Shown: positions 29,068 through 41,198, numbered from the stretch's first letter. The stretch is DNA of 64,000 bases from an uncultured Gemmatimonadales bacterium (GCA_963850905.1 CAWKMU010000003.1:1568001-1632000); one strand, 5' to 3'. The notes: generated by a model not told the origin, from the letters alone. Numbers and translations: made by a program.

Positions 29068-31548
29068 CTACCCAGGCGTCACCACTTCGCCCACGCGCGA
29101 GGGCAACTGCGCGCGCTTCTCCCCGTCATCCAGCTCGTAGCCGTACAGGTACGAGTAGTATCGGAAGGCGCCCTCGGCCTTGACGTCGTTGAGGACGGCG
29201 CCCAGCACTCGGACCGGATAGCGCTGCAACACTCCGAGCTTGGCCTGCGCCATCTGGCGATCGCTTTTCCCGATTCGCAGCACGAGGACCATGTTGCCGG
29301 TCGCCGCGCCGAGTGCAAACGGATCGATACCGGCGCCAAGCGGCGGGCTATCGACGATGATCGTGTCGAACAGGGGCCGGACTGCGCCGAGGAACTGTAG
29401 CATCGCCTGAGATGCCAGTAGCTCCGGTCCTCGATGTCTGCGGCCGCCGCAGGTCACGATCGTCAGTCGTTCGTAGTCCGTCTCCTGCAATACCTCTTCG
29501 AGCGACGCGTTGCCGGTGAGATAGTCCAGGAGGCCCGGTGACTGGCGCACGCCAAAGGTGCTGTGCAGCTGGCCGCGCCGGATGTCCCCGTCGACGACAA
29601 GCGTGCGCCGGCCGCTCTCGGCGAACGACATCCCCAGGTTCGACGAGATGAGCGACTTGCCATCCCCGGCGCCCGGACTGGTGATCGTAAACACGATCGG
29701 GCCGTCCGGATCGGTGAGGTGCAGGATGTTGAGGCGGATCGTGCGGAACGCCTCCACGACCTGTGCCGCTTCCTCCGGGTCGAATTCGCCCGAGCGGGGT
29801 TTCACGCCCGGCACCGTGCCGATGATCGGTAGCCCCAGCTCGTCGGTGGCCTGCTCCGGGTACCGCATCCGGCGGTCGAGGCGGTCAAAGAGCAGCGCCA
29901 GCGCCAGGCCTACGCCAAGTCCCGTCGCAAGCGCGAGCATGAAAATGCGCGGCTTCGAGTTGCGGCTGGGAGACTGTGGCGCGATCGCCTTGTCGAGTAC
30001 CTGGACATCGGGGATGGCGCTCTGCTGCGTGAGGAGTGCTTCTTCGTAGTGCGCTTGCAGCGTGTTGTATATCTGGGAGCTCTGTGTGACTTCTGCCTGC
30101 CGGCGCATCTCCTCGATCTCGGTGGCGGGGAGCTGCGTCGCGGTCAGTTGCGCGTTCGCGATGCGCTCGCTCCACCGCTGCGAGGTTGCACGCAGCCGGG
30201 CGAGGGATTGGGCCGCGAGCTGCGGGATCTGTGTGGTTTGGAGTGTGGCGATCTGAGCCTGGAGATCCAGCACGGGTTTGTACGAGTCCGTGTATTTCAG
30301 CTTGAGCTGGCGGAGATCGTTGGACTTCGTGGTGTAGTCCTGGATCGCCGACCGCAGATCCTCGGCCCCTTGCATGAGGGACGGGACGGCCACGAGGTCT
30401 TCCGGGTTCACCGGCGGGTGTGCCAGGATGTCCTGCACCCGAGCGATGTCATCGTGCAGGTTGTCGTTGGCGAACTTGAGACCGTAGTAATCGGCGACGG
30501 TGGGCGCAGCATTGTTTGCTCCGCCGAGCGCAGGGCCGCCACCCGATCCCCCACCGCCGTCGAGACCCTGCCCCGCGATCATCTGCGCGCTCGCCTTGCC
30601 CGCGTTGACCGCCGCCTGTTGGCCGTGGGAGATGGCGTTTCGCTCGAACTCCTCCAGGGCCTGTTCCGCGTCGTTCAACCGGCTGTGGGCGATCGCCGTC
30701 TGTGTTTGCAGGATCGACGTGCGCTGATCGACTTTCCGCCGCTTGAGCTCTCCGGCGACGTTCACGAATTGCGTCAGCCAGACGTTGAGTGTGGCGGCGG
30801 TCCCCGAGGGCGAATCGCCTATCAGCGCCGCGCGCATGTAGCTCGGGTTGTCCGGCAATACGGTGGTCACGTTGGCGATGAGCCCCTCGGACGCTTGACT
30901 CAACGACGAGACGGAGAAGTCCACACTTCCCGCCTGGCGCAGCTGCGTACCGCTGGGCTGCCAGAGCAACCCCAGACGTCGGCCGACCGAGTCACCGAGT
31001 CGCCCGCGATCCACCACCGTCCCTTCGGCGCCGGTCGTCAACAGGTACTGATTCCCGGTAGGCGAGACCTTCAACGTGTAGCCACCCGGCTGATAGCCGC
31101 TGGTGACGCTGAAGTTCGTGAACAGCGCGGAGTCGAGCTTGGGGATCCCGAGGTACAGGCGGCGCTGCATAACCACCGAGTCGGTCACTCGGTGGCTGCG
31201 GAACAACTCGTCCCAGCCGGTAGGGTTGAGAAGCTCCTGCGCCTGGATCGGCCCTTGCTGCGGCCCCCGATCATCGGTCGAGATCCAAATGGTGGCATGC
31301 GATTCGTACTCGGGCGTCGAGAGCTTCGCACCGACGAAGCCCCCGGCGGCGCCGAGAATGAGGCAGCCCGCTACGAGCCAGCGATATCGAGCCAGCGCGG
31401 AGAGGTAGCGGTGCCAAGGGGTCGGCCGCTCCGTGTCTTCCACATAGGACAGCGGGGCGGAGGGCTCGTCGACCGCCGGCATGAACGCCGCATCATGCGA
31501 CTGCGCGGGGAGCGTCGAGCGTCCGGGCGGGAGGGACTTGGGGGCCAT
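29068..31548 (-). CDS. wzc: Wzc-type polysaccharide co-polymerase / BY-kinase
   Basis: Two TM helices flanking a coiled-coil periplasmic region; EAFRTIR, Walker A GAGDGKS, DGDIRRG, IVDSPP, C-terminal Tyr cluster YYSYLYGY. Confidence 0.92.
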   Translation of the reverse strand: MAPKSLPPGRSTLPAQSHDAAFMPAVDEPSAPLSYVEDTERPTPWHRYLSALARYRWLVAGCLILGAAGGFVGAKLSTPEYESHATIWISTDDRGPQQGPIQAQELLNPTGWDELFRSHRVTDSVVMQRRLYLGIPKLDSALFTNFSVTSGYQPGGYTLKVSPTGNQYLLTTGAEGTVVDRGRLGDSVGRRLGLLWQPSGTQLRQAGSVDFSVSSLSQASEGLIANVTTVLPDNPSYMRAALIGDSPSGTAATLNVWLTQFVNVAGELKRRKVDQRTSILQTQTAIAHSRLNDAEQALEEFERNAISHGQQAAVNAGKASAQMIAGQGLDGGGGSGGGPALGGANNAAPTVADYYGLKFANDNLHDDIARVQDILAHPPVNPEDLVAVPSLMQGAEDLRSAIQDYTTKSNDLRQLKLKYTDSYKPVLDLQAQIATLQTTQIPQLAAQSLARLRATSQRWSERIANAQLTATQLPATEIEEMRRQAEVTQSSQIYNTLQAHYEEALLTQQSAIPDVQVLDKAIAPQSPSRNSKPRIFMLALATGLGVGLALALLFDRLDRRMRYPEQATDELGLPIIGTVPGVKPRSGEFDPEEAAQVVEAFRTIRLNILHLTDPDGPIVFTITSPGAGDGKSLISSNLGMSFAESGRRTLVVDGDIRRGQLHSTFGVRQSPGLLDYLTGNASLEEVLQETDYERLTIVTCGGRRHRGPELLASQAMLQFLGAVRPLFDTIIVDSPPLGAGIDPFALGAATGNMVLVLRIGKSDRQMAQAKLGVLQRYPVRVLGAVLNDVKAEGAFRYYSYLYGYELDDGEKRAQLPSRVGEVVTPG

Positions 31549-31719
31549 GATTATGGGCAGAGAGCGTGGGCGCCGATGGGCTGGCGGCGTCTGTGATCAG
31601 AATTTAAGAGGCCACCGGACCCGCGCGACCCCTGCTTTCCCGGGGTCGGGGACGCAAAATCGGGCCCAGGCGTCGGGTTCGCGGCCAAGCGGGCCGAGCC
31701 GCAAGACGCGATACCTGTA

Positions 31720-31780
31720 TGTAGCAAATATGCTACATGATGTCGGCTTAGGAACACATGTGTGTGTTGCAAGCGCAACG
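31720..31780. promoter_or_regulatory. tandem TGT-N12-ACA palindromes (31720, 31741, weak 31763)
   Basis: TGTAGCAAATATGCTACA (7-bp perfect arms) and TGTCGGCTTAGGAACACA start 21 bp apart; AT-rich divergent region between wzc and the activator. Confidence 0.6.
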
Positions 31781-31860
31781 TCGTGCCTTGACACATGCAA
31801 CACTTCGTGCTTACGTAGACCGGCTTGCTGGTCTCAAACTCCGGGCTAGGAGCTTCATTC

Positions 31861-33467
<1,607 letters not shown>

Positions 33468-33471
<4 letters not shown>

Positions 33472-34415
33472 CCGCGGCCGCCGCTCCTCGCTGGGGCGGG
33501 AGCCCCACGCCCGAGGGTGCGGCGGATCAGGGTCGCGCAGCCATGATGCCAGGTGGACGTCCTGCCATTGGGGAGGGCTCGAGCGGCGCAGTGACGACTG
33601 GAGCTGAGGACCGGTCCGCTGCCGTCACGACGCCCACCGACAGTCCGGCGACCGGACTCGAGGGGGGCTCGTCATCGCATGATGAGGGGGTGACCCAGCG
33701 CTTCACCCGCCAGCTCGCCGGGCCGGACGCGCTGCAGCTCATCATCGAAGTCGCCCACGACATGCGGTCGCCGCTCGGGTCGATCCTCTTTCTTGCCGAA
33801 CGGCTCCGGAGCATGCAGAGCGGGCCGCTCACGCCCGTGCAAGAGCGGCAGATCGGCCTTATCTACAGCGCGGCGTTCGGACTCAGCGCGCTCGCCGGCG
33901 ACGTCATCGAGCTCGCACGCGGCGGCGAAGGGCTGGTGCATCAGCGGCCCGTCCCGTTCTCGATCGCCGACGTCATGCAGTCGGTGCGCGCCATAGTACA
34001 GCCCATCGCGGAGGAGAAGGGACTGGCGATCCGGGTCGTGCCGCCGCCCGCGGACTCCCGAATCGGGCAGCCGGCGGCGCTCAACCGGGTCCTGCTCAAC
34101 CTCGCGACCAACGCGTTGAAATTCACGTCGACCGGCTCGGTCGAGGCGGTCGCCACGCAGCGGTCGCGCACGCGCGTCGAGTTTACCGTGCAAGACACCG
34201 GTCGCGGCATTCCCGACGAGGTGATGGCCACGCTTTTCGACCCGTTCCGGCGCCGCGAGCACTCCGACGTGGTGACATTTTCCAGTGCCGGTCTCGGCTT
34301 GGCGATCAGCCGCCAGCTCGTTGCCTCGCTAGGCGGCGACCTGTGCGTCACCACGTCGGGAGCGGGCACGCGATTCTCCTTCGAGATCGAGTTGCCGCTC
34401 GCGCAGAAGCTCTAA
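33468..34415 (+). CDS. histidine kinase (HisKA + HATPase), no recognisable sensor domain
   Basis: H-box AHDMRSPL, N-box NLATNALKFT, DTGRGIP, F-box, AGLGL; ATGA overlap with the activator. Confidence 0.88.
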
Positions 34416-34491
34416 GGGTTCATTAAGTTTCGCCGAGCGGCGCTGTGTTGCACGGCGCTGTCTCGGACAGCTTCGTGACGGGGCAAGCGGC

Positions 34492-34515
34492 GGGCGGCGC
34501 ATGCATCGCCCCTAC
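34492..34515 (-). repeat. degenerate singlet copy of the GTAG REP
   Basis: Reverse strand GTAGGGGCGATGCATGCGCCGCCC versus consensus GTAGGGGCGACGCAATGCGTCGCCC. Confidence 0.6.
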
Positions 34516-34559
34516 CCGGCCAACCCGTACTCCTCTCTTCTGCGTCCTGCGTAACTGGA

Positions 34560-35867
34560 ATGGCCGACACAATCGAGATCAAGGACTCTCGCACCGGTAA
34601 GAGCTACACGGTGCCGATCAGCGACGGCGCCATCCGCGCCTCCGATCTACAACAACTCCACCTCAAGGCCGACGATCATGGCCTCTTGAGCTACGACCCG
34701 GCGTTCATGAACACCGCCGCGTGTCGCAGCGCGATCACCTTCATCGACGGCGACAAGGGCATTCTCAGATATCGGGGCTACCCGATCGAGCAGTTGGCGG
34801 AACGAGCCAGCTTCCTCGAGGTTGCGTGGCTGCTGCGTCATGGAGAGATCCCGACACAGGACCAGTACGACGCGTTCGTGCACGACATCACGTACCACAC
34901 GTTCGTGCATGAGAACATCAAGAAATTTCTGGAGGGGTTCCGCTACGACGCGCACCCCATGTCGATGCTGTGCAGTGCCGTCGCGGCACTCTCCTCGTTC
35001 TATCCCGAATCCAAGAACATCTTCGATCCGGTCGAGCGGAACATCTCGATCATCCGGTTGCTCGCGAAGCTCCCGACGATCGCGGCGTTCATCTACAGGC
35101 ACATGAAGGGGCTGCCGTTCGTCTATCCCGACAACGAGCTGTCCTACAGCGAGAACTTTCTGTCGATGGTCGCGCGGATGAGCGAGCCGCGGTACCGGTC
35201 CAACCCCGTGTTCACGCGGGCGATCGAGGTGCTGTTCATCCTGCACGCCGATCACGAGCAGAACTGCTCGACCAACGCCGTCCGTGGCGTCGGGTCGTCG
35301 CACGTCGACCCGTACTCGGCGCTCACCGCGGGGATCGCGGCGCTCTACGGTCCTTTGCACGGCGGCGCGAACGAGGCCGTGCTGCGCATGATCGAGGAGA
35401 TCGGTGACAAGTCCCGTGTCCCCGCCTTCATCGAGGGCGTGAAGAAGGGATCCGGGCGGCTCATGGGGTTCGGTCACCGCGTCTACAAGAGCTACGACCC
35501 CCGCGCCAAGATCGTGAAGCAGCTCGCCAACCAAGTTTTCGAGTCCGTGGGCGTCGATCGCGACCTGGAAATCGCGCTCGAGCTCGAGCGGATCGCGTTG
35601 CAGGACGACTATTTCGTATCGCGCAAGTTGTACCCGAACGTCGACTTCTACACGGGACTCATCTACCGCGCGATGAAGTTCCCCACCTCGTTCTTCACGG
35701 TGCTCTTTGCGATCGCCCGCACTGCCGGCTGGCTCGCGCAGTGGGAAGAGATGCTACAGGACAAGGAGCAGAAGATCGCGCGCCCGCGGCAGATCTACAT
35801 TGGGCCGGCCGAGCGGCCGTACGAGAGCTCGCTGAGGAAAGTGATTATTACGCCGGGCAGGGTGTGA
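34560..35867 (+). CDS. gltA: citrate synthase
   Basis: GILRYRGYPIE, LHADHEQNCST, GPLHGGANE, MGFGHRVYK, YPNVDFY. Confidence 0.97.
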   Translation: MADTIEIKDSRTGKSYTVPISDGAIRASDLQQLHLKADDHGLLSYDPAFMNTAACRSAITFIDGDKGILRYRGYPIEQLAERASFLEVAWLLRHGEIPTQDQYDAFVHDITYHTFVHENIKKFLEGFRYDAHPMSMLCSAVAALSSFYPESKNIFDPVERNISIIRLLAKLPTIAAFIYRHMKGLPFVYPDNELSYSENFLSMVARMSEPRYRSNPVFTRAIEVLFILHADHEQNCSTNAVRGVGSSHVDPYSALTAGIAALYGPLHGGANEAVLRMIEEIGDKSRVPAFIEGVKKGSGRLMGFGHRVYKSYDPRAKIVKQLANQVFESVGVDRDLEIALELERIALQDDYFVSRKLYPNVDFYTGLIYRAMKFPTSFFTVLFAIARTAGWLAQWEEMLQDKEQKIARPRQIYIGPAERPYESSLRKVIITPGRV

Positions 35868-35880
35868 GGGGCTGAACGGC

Positions 35881-36115
35881 GGGGTCTGGGGTTTGGGGTT
35901 TGGGGGAACTACCACGACACTTGCGATCCGGCGGGTAGGGGCGACGCAATGCGTCGCCCTGCGGCGCGGCGTCGCGATCGATGATTCGTCGCCGCCCGAA
36001 CGCCTATGCACAGGCATCATGCCCGGTTCCGCCAACGGCGGGCGACGCATTGCGTCGCCCCTACCCGCCGGTGTCATATGTCGTGGTTGTTCCCCATCCA
36101 ACGTCTAACGTCTAG
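35881..36115. repeat. REPIN/MITE-like element copy 1 (REP doublet 35935-36064) with heptamer flanks
   Basis: Near-identical to 38752-38957; inverted GTAGGGGCGACGCAATGCGTCGCCC pair; left flank GGGGTYT, right flank YAACGTC. Confidence 0.9.
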
Positions 36116-36845
36116 CTCTTTGCCCGTACTTGCACTGTGCTCGTACCGGACATCTCTCGCACCCCGGCTTCCTCGCCGTACATATCAACGCGCCGAGCTC
36201 CATCAGCGCCTGATTGTGCGTATACGCCACCGCGCCCGAGCGCGGGAGGATGTGCTCGGCGATGCCCCACGCCACTCGGCGCCCCGCCGCAGTACGAGGA
36301 TCGTAGCGCGGAGCGAAGACGCGGGTGAGCACCCGGGCGACGTTGGTGTCGACGAGGGCGGCGGGGCGTTCGTAGGCGAAGGAGGCGACGGCGCCCGCCG
36401 TGTAGGGGCCCACTCCGGGTAACTGTCTGAGCGCCGCCGGCTCTGGCGGCAAGGTCCCCCGGGGCGGCGGCGAGATGATGCCGTCGTGCGGAGCCGGGTC
36501 GGTCTCGATCAGCTGTCGAGCGAGTGCGTGCAGGTTCCGCGCGCGTGCGTAATAGCCGAGCCCCTGCCACGCCTCGTTGACTTGCGCAGGCGTCGCCGCG
36601 GCGACGGATGCGAGGGTCGGAAAGCGATCGAGGAAGGTGGCGTATCGGTCCACCACCCGCGCGACCTGTGTCTGCTGCAGCATGAGCTCGGAAACGAGTA
36701 CACGGTACGGATCGCGGGTGCGCCGCCACGGCAGATCGCGCGCGTGGGCGCGGTACCACGCCCTGAGTCGTCGTCCGAACGGGCGAAACTGGGACAGCGG
36801 CGGTCGCATCTTCGCGTGCATGTGGCGACGGGCGCTTCGCGCCAC
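36105..36845 (-). CDS. mutY: A/G-specific adenine glycosylase (short form)
   Basis: RDLPWRRTRDPY, SELMLQQTQV, WQGLGYYARARNL, LPGVGPYTA, VDTNV, C-x6-C-x2-C-x5-C FeS motif; start may be 36809. Confidence 0.93.
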   Translation of the reverse strand: MARSARRHMHAKMRPPLSQFRPFGRRLRAWYRAHARDLPWRRTRDPYRVLVSELMLQQTQVARVVDRYATFLDRFPTLASVAAATPAQVNEAWQGLGYYARARNLHALARQLIETDPAPHDGIISPPPRGTLPPEPAALRQLPGVGPYTAGAVASFAYERPAALVDTNVARVLTRVFAPRYDPRTAAGRRVAWGIAEHILPRSGAVAYTHNQALMELGALICTARKPGCERCPVRAQCKYGQRARR

Positions 36846-37100
36846 GTAGAGAGGAGAAAGGAGAAAGGAGACGACGACTCAAGCCCGATGGGGATGGTGC
36901 CATAAGGTGCATTGGACGCGTCGCCAGGTCGATTACCATCCAATTCCTGGTGGATCGCAGGCTCAAGCTTCTGGTTATACTGCTGAGTCTGGCGTGTAGT
37001 GTGCTGTGCACATTCGGCACTAGTCTGGAGACGCAACGCGGACTGGTGCACGTGTTCCAGACTTTTGTCACCAGAAACCAGCACTTCGTGCACAGTTCTG

Positions 37101-37129
37101 TTGACAGCCGATCGAATCGCCTATAAGAT
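37101..37129 (+). promoter_or_regulatory. sigma70-type promoter upstream of glnA
   Basis: TTGACA-N17-TAAGAT, ~120 bp before the ATG. Confidence 0.6.
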
Positions 37130-37246
37130 TGGTCCTTCCCCAGACCACTCCTGGTGCGACACACAGCGTTGGTGAAACGCGGCGTTTTCCATTGGATCGA
37201 CCTGGTGTGCCGCCACGCCCCCACTCCGAGCCTGTGAGGATCGACG

Positions 37247-38728
37247 ATGGCCACGACGCTAACCGAGCCCACGAGCCGACCGCTTGCCGGGCCCCCGGTG
37301 GCACGACCGGTCGGCAATGTGCAGCATGTGATCGACCTGATTCGTGAACGCGGGATCCAGGTCGTCGATGTGAAATTCTCGGATTTGCCGGGACAGTGGC
37401 AGCACTTTTCGTTGCCGGCGAAGGACTTTGACGGGGAAGTGTTCGAGGAGGGGCTCGGGTTCGACGGATCGTCGATTCGTGGGTTTCAGGCGATCAACGA
37501 GAGCGACATGCTGCTGCTCCCGGATCCGGCCACGGCGTTCGTCGACCCGGTGCTCGAGACGCCGACGCTCTCGATCATCTGCGACGTGTACGACCCGATG
37601 ACGCACGAGCCGTACACTCGCGACCCCCGATTCATCGCGCGCAAAGCCGAGGCATATCTGCCGAAAAGCGGCATCGCGACGACGTCATTCTGGGGGCCAG
37701 AGGCTGAGTTCTACATCTTCAACTCGGTACGCTTCGATCAGAACGCACACGAGGGCTACTATCACATCGACGCGGAGGAGGGGATCTGGAACTCCGGCCG
37801 CAACGGCACGCCGAATCTCGGTCATCGTCCGCGGCACAAGGAAGGGTACTTTCCTGTGCCGCCGGTCGACCGGCTGCAGGACGTGCGCTCCAAGATCATG
37901 CTCGCGCTGATCGCGGCCGGGGTGCCGGTCGAAGTGCAACACCACGAGGTGGGGACGGCGGGGCAGGCGGAGATCGACTTCCGCTTCGGTACTCTGGTGC
38001 AGACTGCCGATCGCTCGATGGCCTTCAAGTACATCGTCAAGAACGTCTGCCACAACCTGGGCTACACGGCGACGTTCATGCCCAAGCCGCTGTACGGCGA
38101 CAACGGCTCGGGGATGCACGTGCACCAGTCGCTGTGGAACGGCGACACGAATCTCTTCTGGGATGCGTCGGGCTACGGCGGCCTGTCGGAGATGGCGCGC
38201 TACTACATCGGCGGTCTCATCGCCCATGCGCCGGCGCTGCTCGCGCTCTGTGCTCCGACGACCAACAGCTACCGGCGCCTCGTGCCCGGGTACGAGGCAC
38301 CCATCAACCTGATCTACTCGAAGCGCAATCGATCGGCCATCTGCCGCATCCCCATGTACTCGACCAGCCCGAAGTCCAAGCGCATCGAGTTCCGCGCGCC
38401 CGATGCGACGGCCAACCCTTACCTGGCGTTCGCCGCGCTCCAAATGGCAGGTCTCGATGGAGTGAAACGGCGGATCGAGCCACCGGCACCGATCGACGAG
38501 GACCTGTACGAGCTGCACGATGCGCGTCGCTCGCTCATCAAGAACACGCCCGGATCACTGGGCGAGGTGCTGGATGCGCTCGAGCGCGATCACGCTTTCT
38601 TGCTCGAGGGGAATGTCTTCACGAGCGACGTGATCGAGACGTGGATCACCATGAAGCGCACCAAGGACGTCGCGGCCGTCGGGCTCCGGCCGCACCCGTA
38701 CGAGTTCTTCCTGTACTATGACGCATAG
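37247..38728 (+). CDS. glnA: glutamine synthetase type I
   Basis: FDGSSIRGF, HHEV, TFMPKP, NGSGMHVHQSL, RLVPGYEAP, RIEFRAPD, adenylylation-site DLY. Confidence 0.98.
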   Translation: MATTLTEPTSRPLAGPPVARPVGNVQHVIDLIRERGIQVVDVKFSDLPGQWQHFSLPAKDFDGEVFEEGLGFDGSSIRGFQAINESDMLLLPDPATAFVDPVLETPTLSIICDVYDPMTHEPYTRDPRFIARKAEAYLPKSGIATTSFWGPEAEFYIFNSVRFDQNAHEGYYHIDAEEGIWNSGRNGTPNLGHRPRHKEGYFPVPPVDRLQDVRSKIMLALIAAGVPVEVQHHEVGTAGQAEIDFRFGTLVQTADRSMAFKYIVKNVCHNLGYTATFMPKPLYGDNGSGMHVHQSLWNGDTNLFWDASGYGGLSEMARYYIGGLIAHAPALLALCAPTTNSYRRLVPGYEAPINLIYSKRNRSAICRIPMYSTSPKSKRIEFRAPDATANPYLAFAALQMAGLDGVKRRIEPPAPIDEDLYELHDARRSLIKNTPGSLGEVLDALERDHAFLLEGNVFTSDVIETWITMKRTKDVAAVGLRPHPYEFFLYYDA

Positions 38729-38731
38729 GTG

Positions 38732-39010
38732 CTAGACGCTAGACGTTGGATGGGGAACTACCACGACACTTGCGATCCGGCGGGTAGGGGCGACGCAATG
38801 CGTCGCCCTGCGGCGCGGCGTCGCGATCGATGATTCGTCGCCGCCCGAACGCCTATGCACAGGCATCATGCCCGGTTCCGCCAACGGCGGGCGACGCATT
38901 GCGTCGCCCCTACCCGCCGGTGTCATAGGTCGTGGTCGTTCCCCATCCAACGTCTAACGTCCAGCGCCTAGCCTCTACGCGTCCAGCGTCTAGCACCTAG
39001 CCTCTAACCT
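38732..39010. repeat. REPIN/MITE-like element copy 2 (REP doublet 38784-38913) with inverted heptamer flanks
   Basis: Terminal inverted repeats TAGACGTTGGATGGGGAAC..CCACGAC / GTCGTGG..GTTCCCCATCCAACGTCTA; near-identical to copy 1. Confidence 0.9.
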
Positions 39011-39017
39011 CACCGCG

Positions 39018-40743
39018 CTAAAGCCGGAACAGCACGGCCTCGGGCGTCGCCGCGAGGACGGTGAACTGCCGGCGCATTTCGGTCTCGAAGCCCGGTCGCC
39101 AGGCGAACGTCCAGCGCTCGACTATGTAGTAGTGCACGCCACGATCTGCGAGCGCGTACGCATTAGCCAACGTGTTGTCTTGCGTGCACAGACTGAAGCC
39201 CTTGTGATCTGTCCAGTAGAAATACCAGGGCGACTCGAAGGCCGACTCCGTCTTGGCGTCGACACAATACCCGCCGCTCGCTGCGATGGGCACACCGGGC
39301 GGAATGAGCGGCGCGAATAGACGAGCGGTCTGGTACGCCGCGACCATCCGGTCGGGATGCCGCTCCGTGGCGGTGATCTTGACGGTCGAAACGAAGGCGA
39401 TGAACAGGAACGAGATGAGCGTCCCGGTCGCCACCGCTTGTCGGGCCGGTGGATCGTCGCTGCCTCGAGCGCCTCGCTGCCAGGCGAGCAAGACGGTTGC
39501 GACGGCTGCGGCCACCAGTACCACACCCGCGCCCAGTCCGAAATGGTTCGCCGCGACCGAGGCGATAAGGACGCAGAGACAGGCGATGCCGACGCGTTGC
39601 CAGTCCCGGAGATCGTGGCGGCGCAAGCGCTCGGCGGCGACCGCGCCGGCCCATCCGACCAGCAACGCCACGGGCGGAAGCGCGACAATGTGATAGTAGG
39701 TGCCCCACGGATATGCGCTGGTGCCGGCAATGACGAGGTAGTAGATGAACACCGCCGCGTACCAGAGTAGCCCGTACCCGAGCCCCGGGAGCCGTGGCCC
39801 CAGCGAGACCGCAATCCCGACGGCCAGCAGGCCGCCCAGAGACCAGAATGTAATGCACATCGATGCCGACGATTTGCCGCAGGTAGCCGGGGTTCGTGAG
39901 AGCCGCGAGTCCCACGATGTGTCGATGGTTGGACGCTCCCAGTGAATTGCCATAGACCAACCAGAATTCCCGCGCATGAGCGTACCAAAGCGCCGGCGGC
40001 ACGAGCGCGGCGATCGCGAACGCCCACAACCGCCAATCCTTCAGCACTTGCGGTCCCTTGCGCCACAGCGCGAGGAAGACAAACGCGAGTCCGATGTGTG
40101 CCGCTGGTGCCTTGGCGAGGATGGCGAAGGACGTCAGCGCGAGCGCGGTCCAATACCACCGCCAGCGGTCTTCATCCAGCCAGCGAATGAACGCGTACGC
40201 CGCGCCGACGTAGCCGAGAAGCATGAACGGCTCCGGCTGGATCGCAGTCTCGAGACGCATCGCAACTGGATTGACCGCAAAGAACAGCCCCGCGATGACC
40301 GCACCAGGTGGCGGCAGCACATACGCGGCGAGTCGCACGATGAGCAACAGCGTGGTGAGTGCCGCCAGGTATGAGAGGACTCGACCGATCTGTTCGTGAA
40401 AGCCGAGGAGCTTGTAGCCGGCAGCGATCATGTAGGGGTAGATCGGGAATTCCATCTCCACGTATCCGGGGCCATCTCTGCGCCAGTCGATGCGTGGCGA
40501 CGTGATGTGCATCCCCTCGCGCGCAAAATTGCGAGCGATGCCGCCCACGTCGGTCTCGCGCCACGTCTCCCAGCTATGGCCATCGATCGGGTGCCACACA
40601 TTCATGGCGCCCACCGCCGCTCCAACTGCCAGGATGCACAGCACCACCGACCAGGAGAGCCGTTGCCGAGCCTGCGCTGCGCGGGGCGTCGACAGCGATC
40701 GGGCCTGGCGATCGGGCGGGGCGGCGGTTGTTCCTGCAATCAT
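39018..40743 (-). pseudogene. ArnT/PMT-like GT-C glycosyltransferase, apparently frameshifted by one extra base near 39847
   Basis: N-part WRETDVGGIARNF, MEFPIYPY; C-part (39018-39977 frame) YYH, YWTDHKGF; ATTC-TGG junction restores DVHYIWSLGGLL. Confidence 0.75.
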
Positions 40744-41198
40744 TACTTCACTTCGACCCGTTGGCGCAGCCGGCGCAGGGCGTCGCTTGGTTGCGGGAAT
40801 GCGAGCAAAACGAGTGACGCGGTGGACGCATATATCGCGCCCGGTCCAGCCCGCGATGGAACCCGCGAACGCGCTGTCGAAGGCGACATGGCCCAGATCA
40901 TCGTGCGCTGTCACGCCGCAAGGCGAGGCTACGACGCATCACCCACATGCGTACCCCGACGGGTCCAGGCAGGCGCCGCTCGATCGTGGAATGTCCCTAA
41001 GTGTCGTCGCTGTAAGCTGTTACATATTAGCGTCAGTGTTACCAGAGGGGGACCATAGTCGGAATATTTCTTGCCCCTAGAGGCGCGCGGCTCGAGCCCA
41101 GGCCTGGTTCGTCCGCGAGTGCACGAATGACTGCCAACGCGGGCCGCGTCCCACAGAACTCCGTCGTGTGCCGCGCTACGCCGCGTGATGAACCCAGG

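Noticed and set aside
31610..31705. Possible c-di-GMP-I riboswitch (GGGACGCAAAA motif with hairpins)
   Set aside because: Lacks the upstream GCAAAC and the GNRA tetraloop on that strand; needs an Infernal scan, not supportable by eye
35754..36108. Small similar ORFs in the repeat copies (also 38732-38950, 55488-55670)
   Set aside because: Their similarity comes from the REP DNA itself; no independent coding evidence
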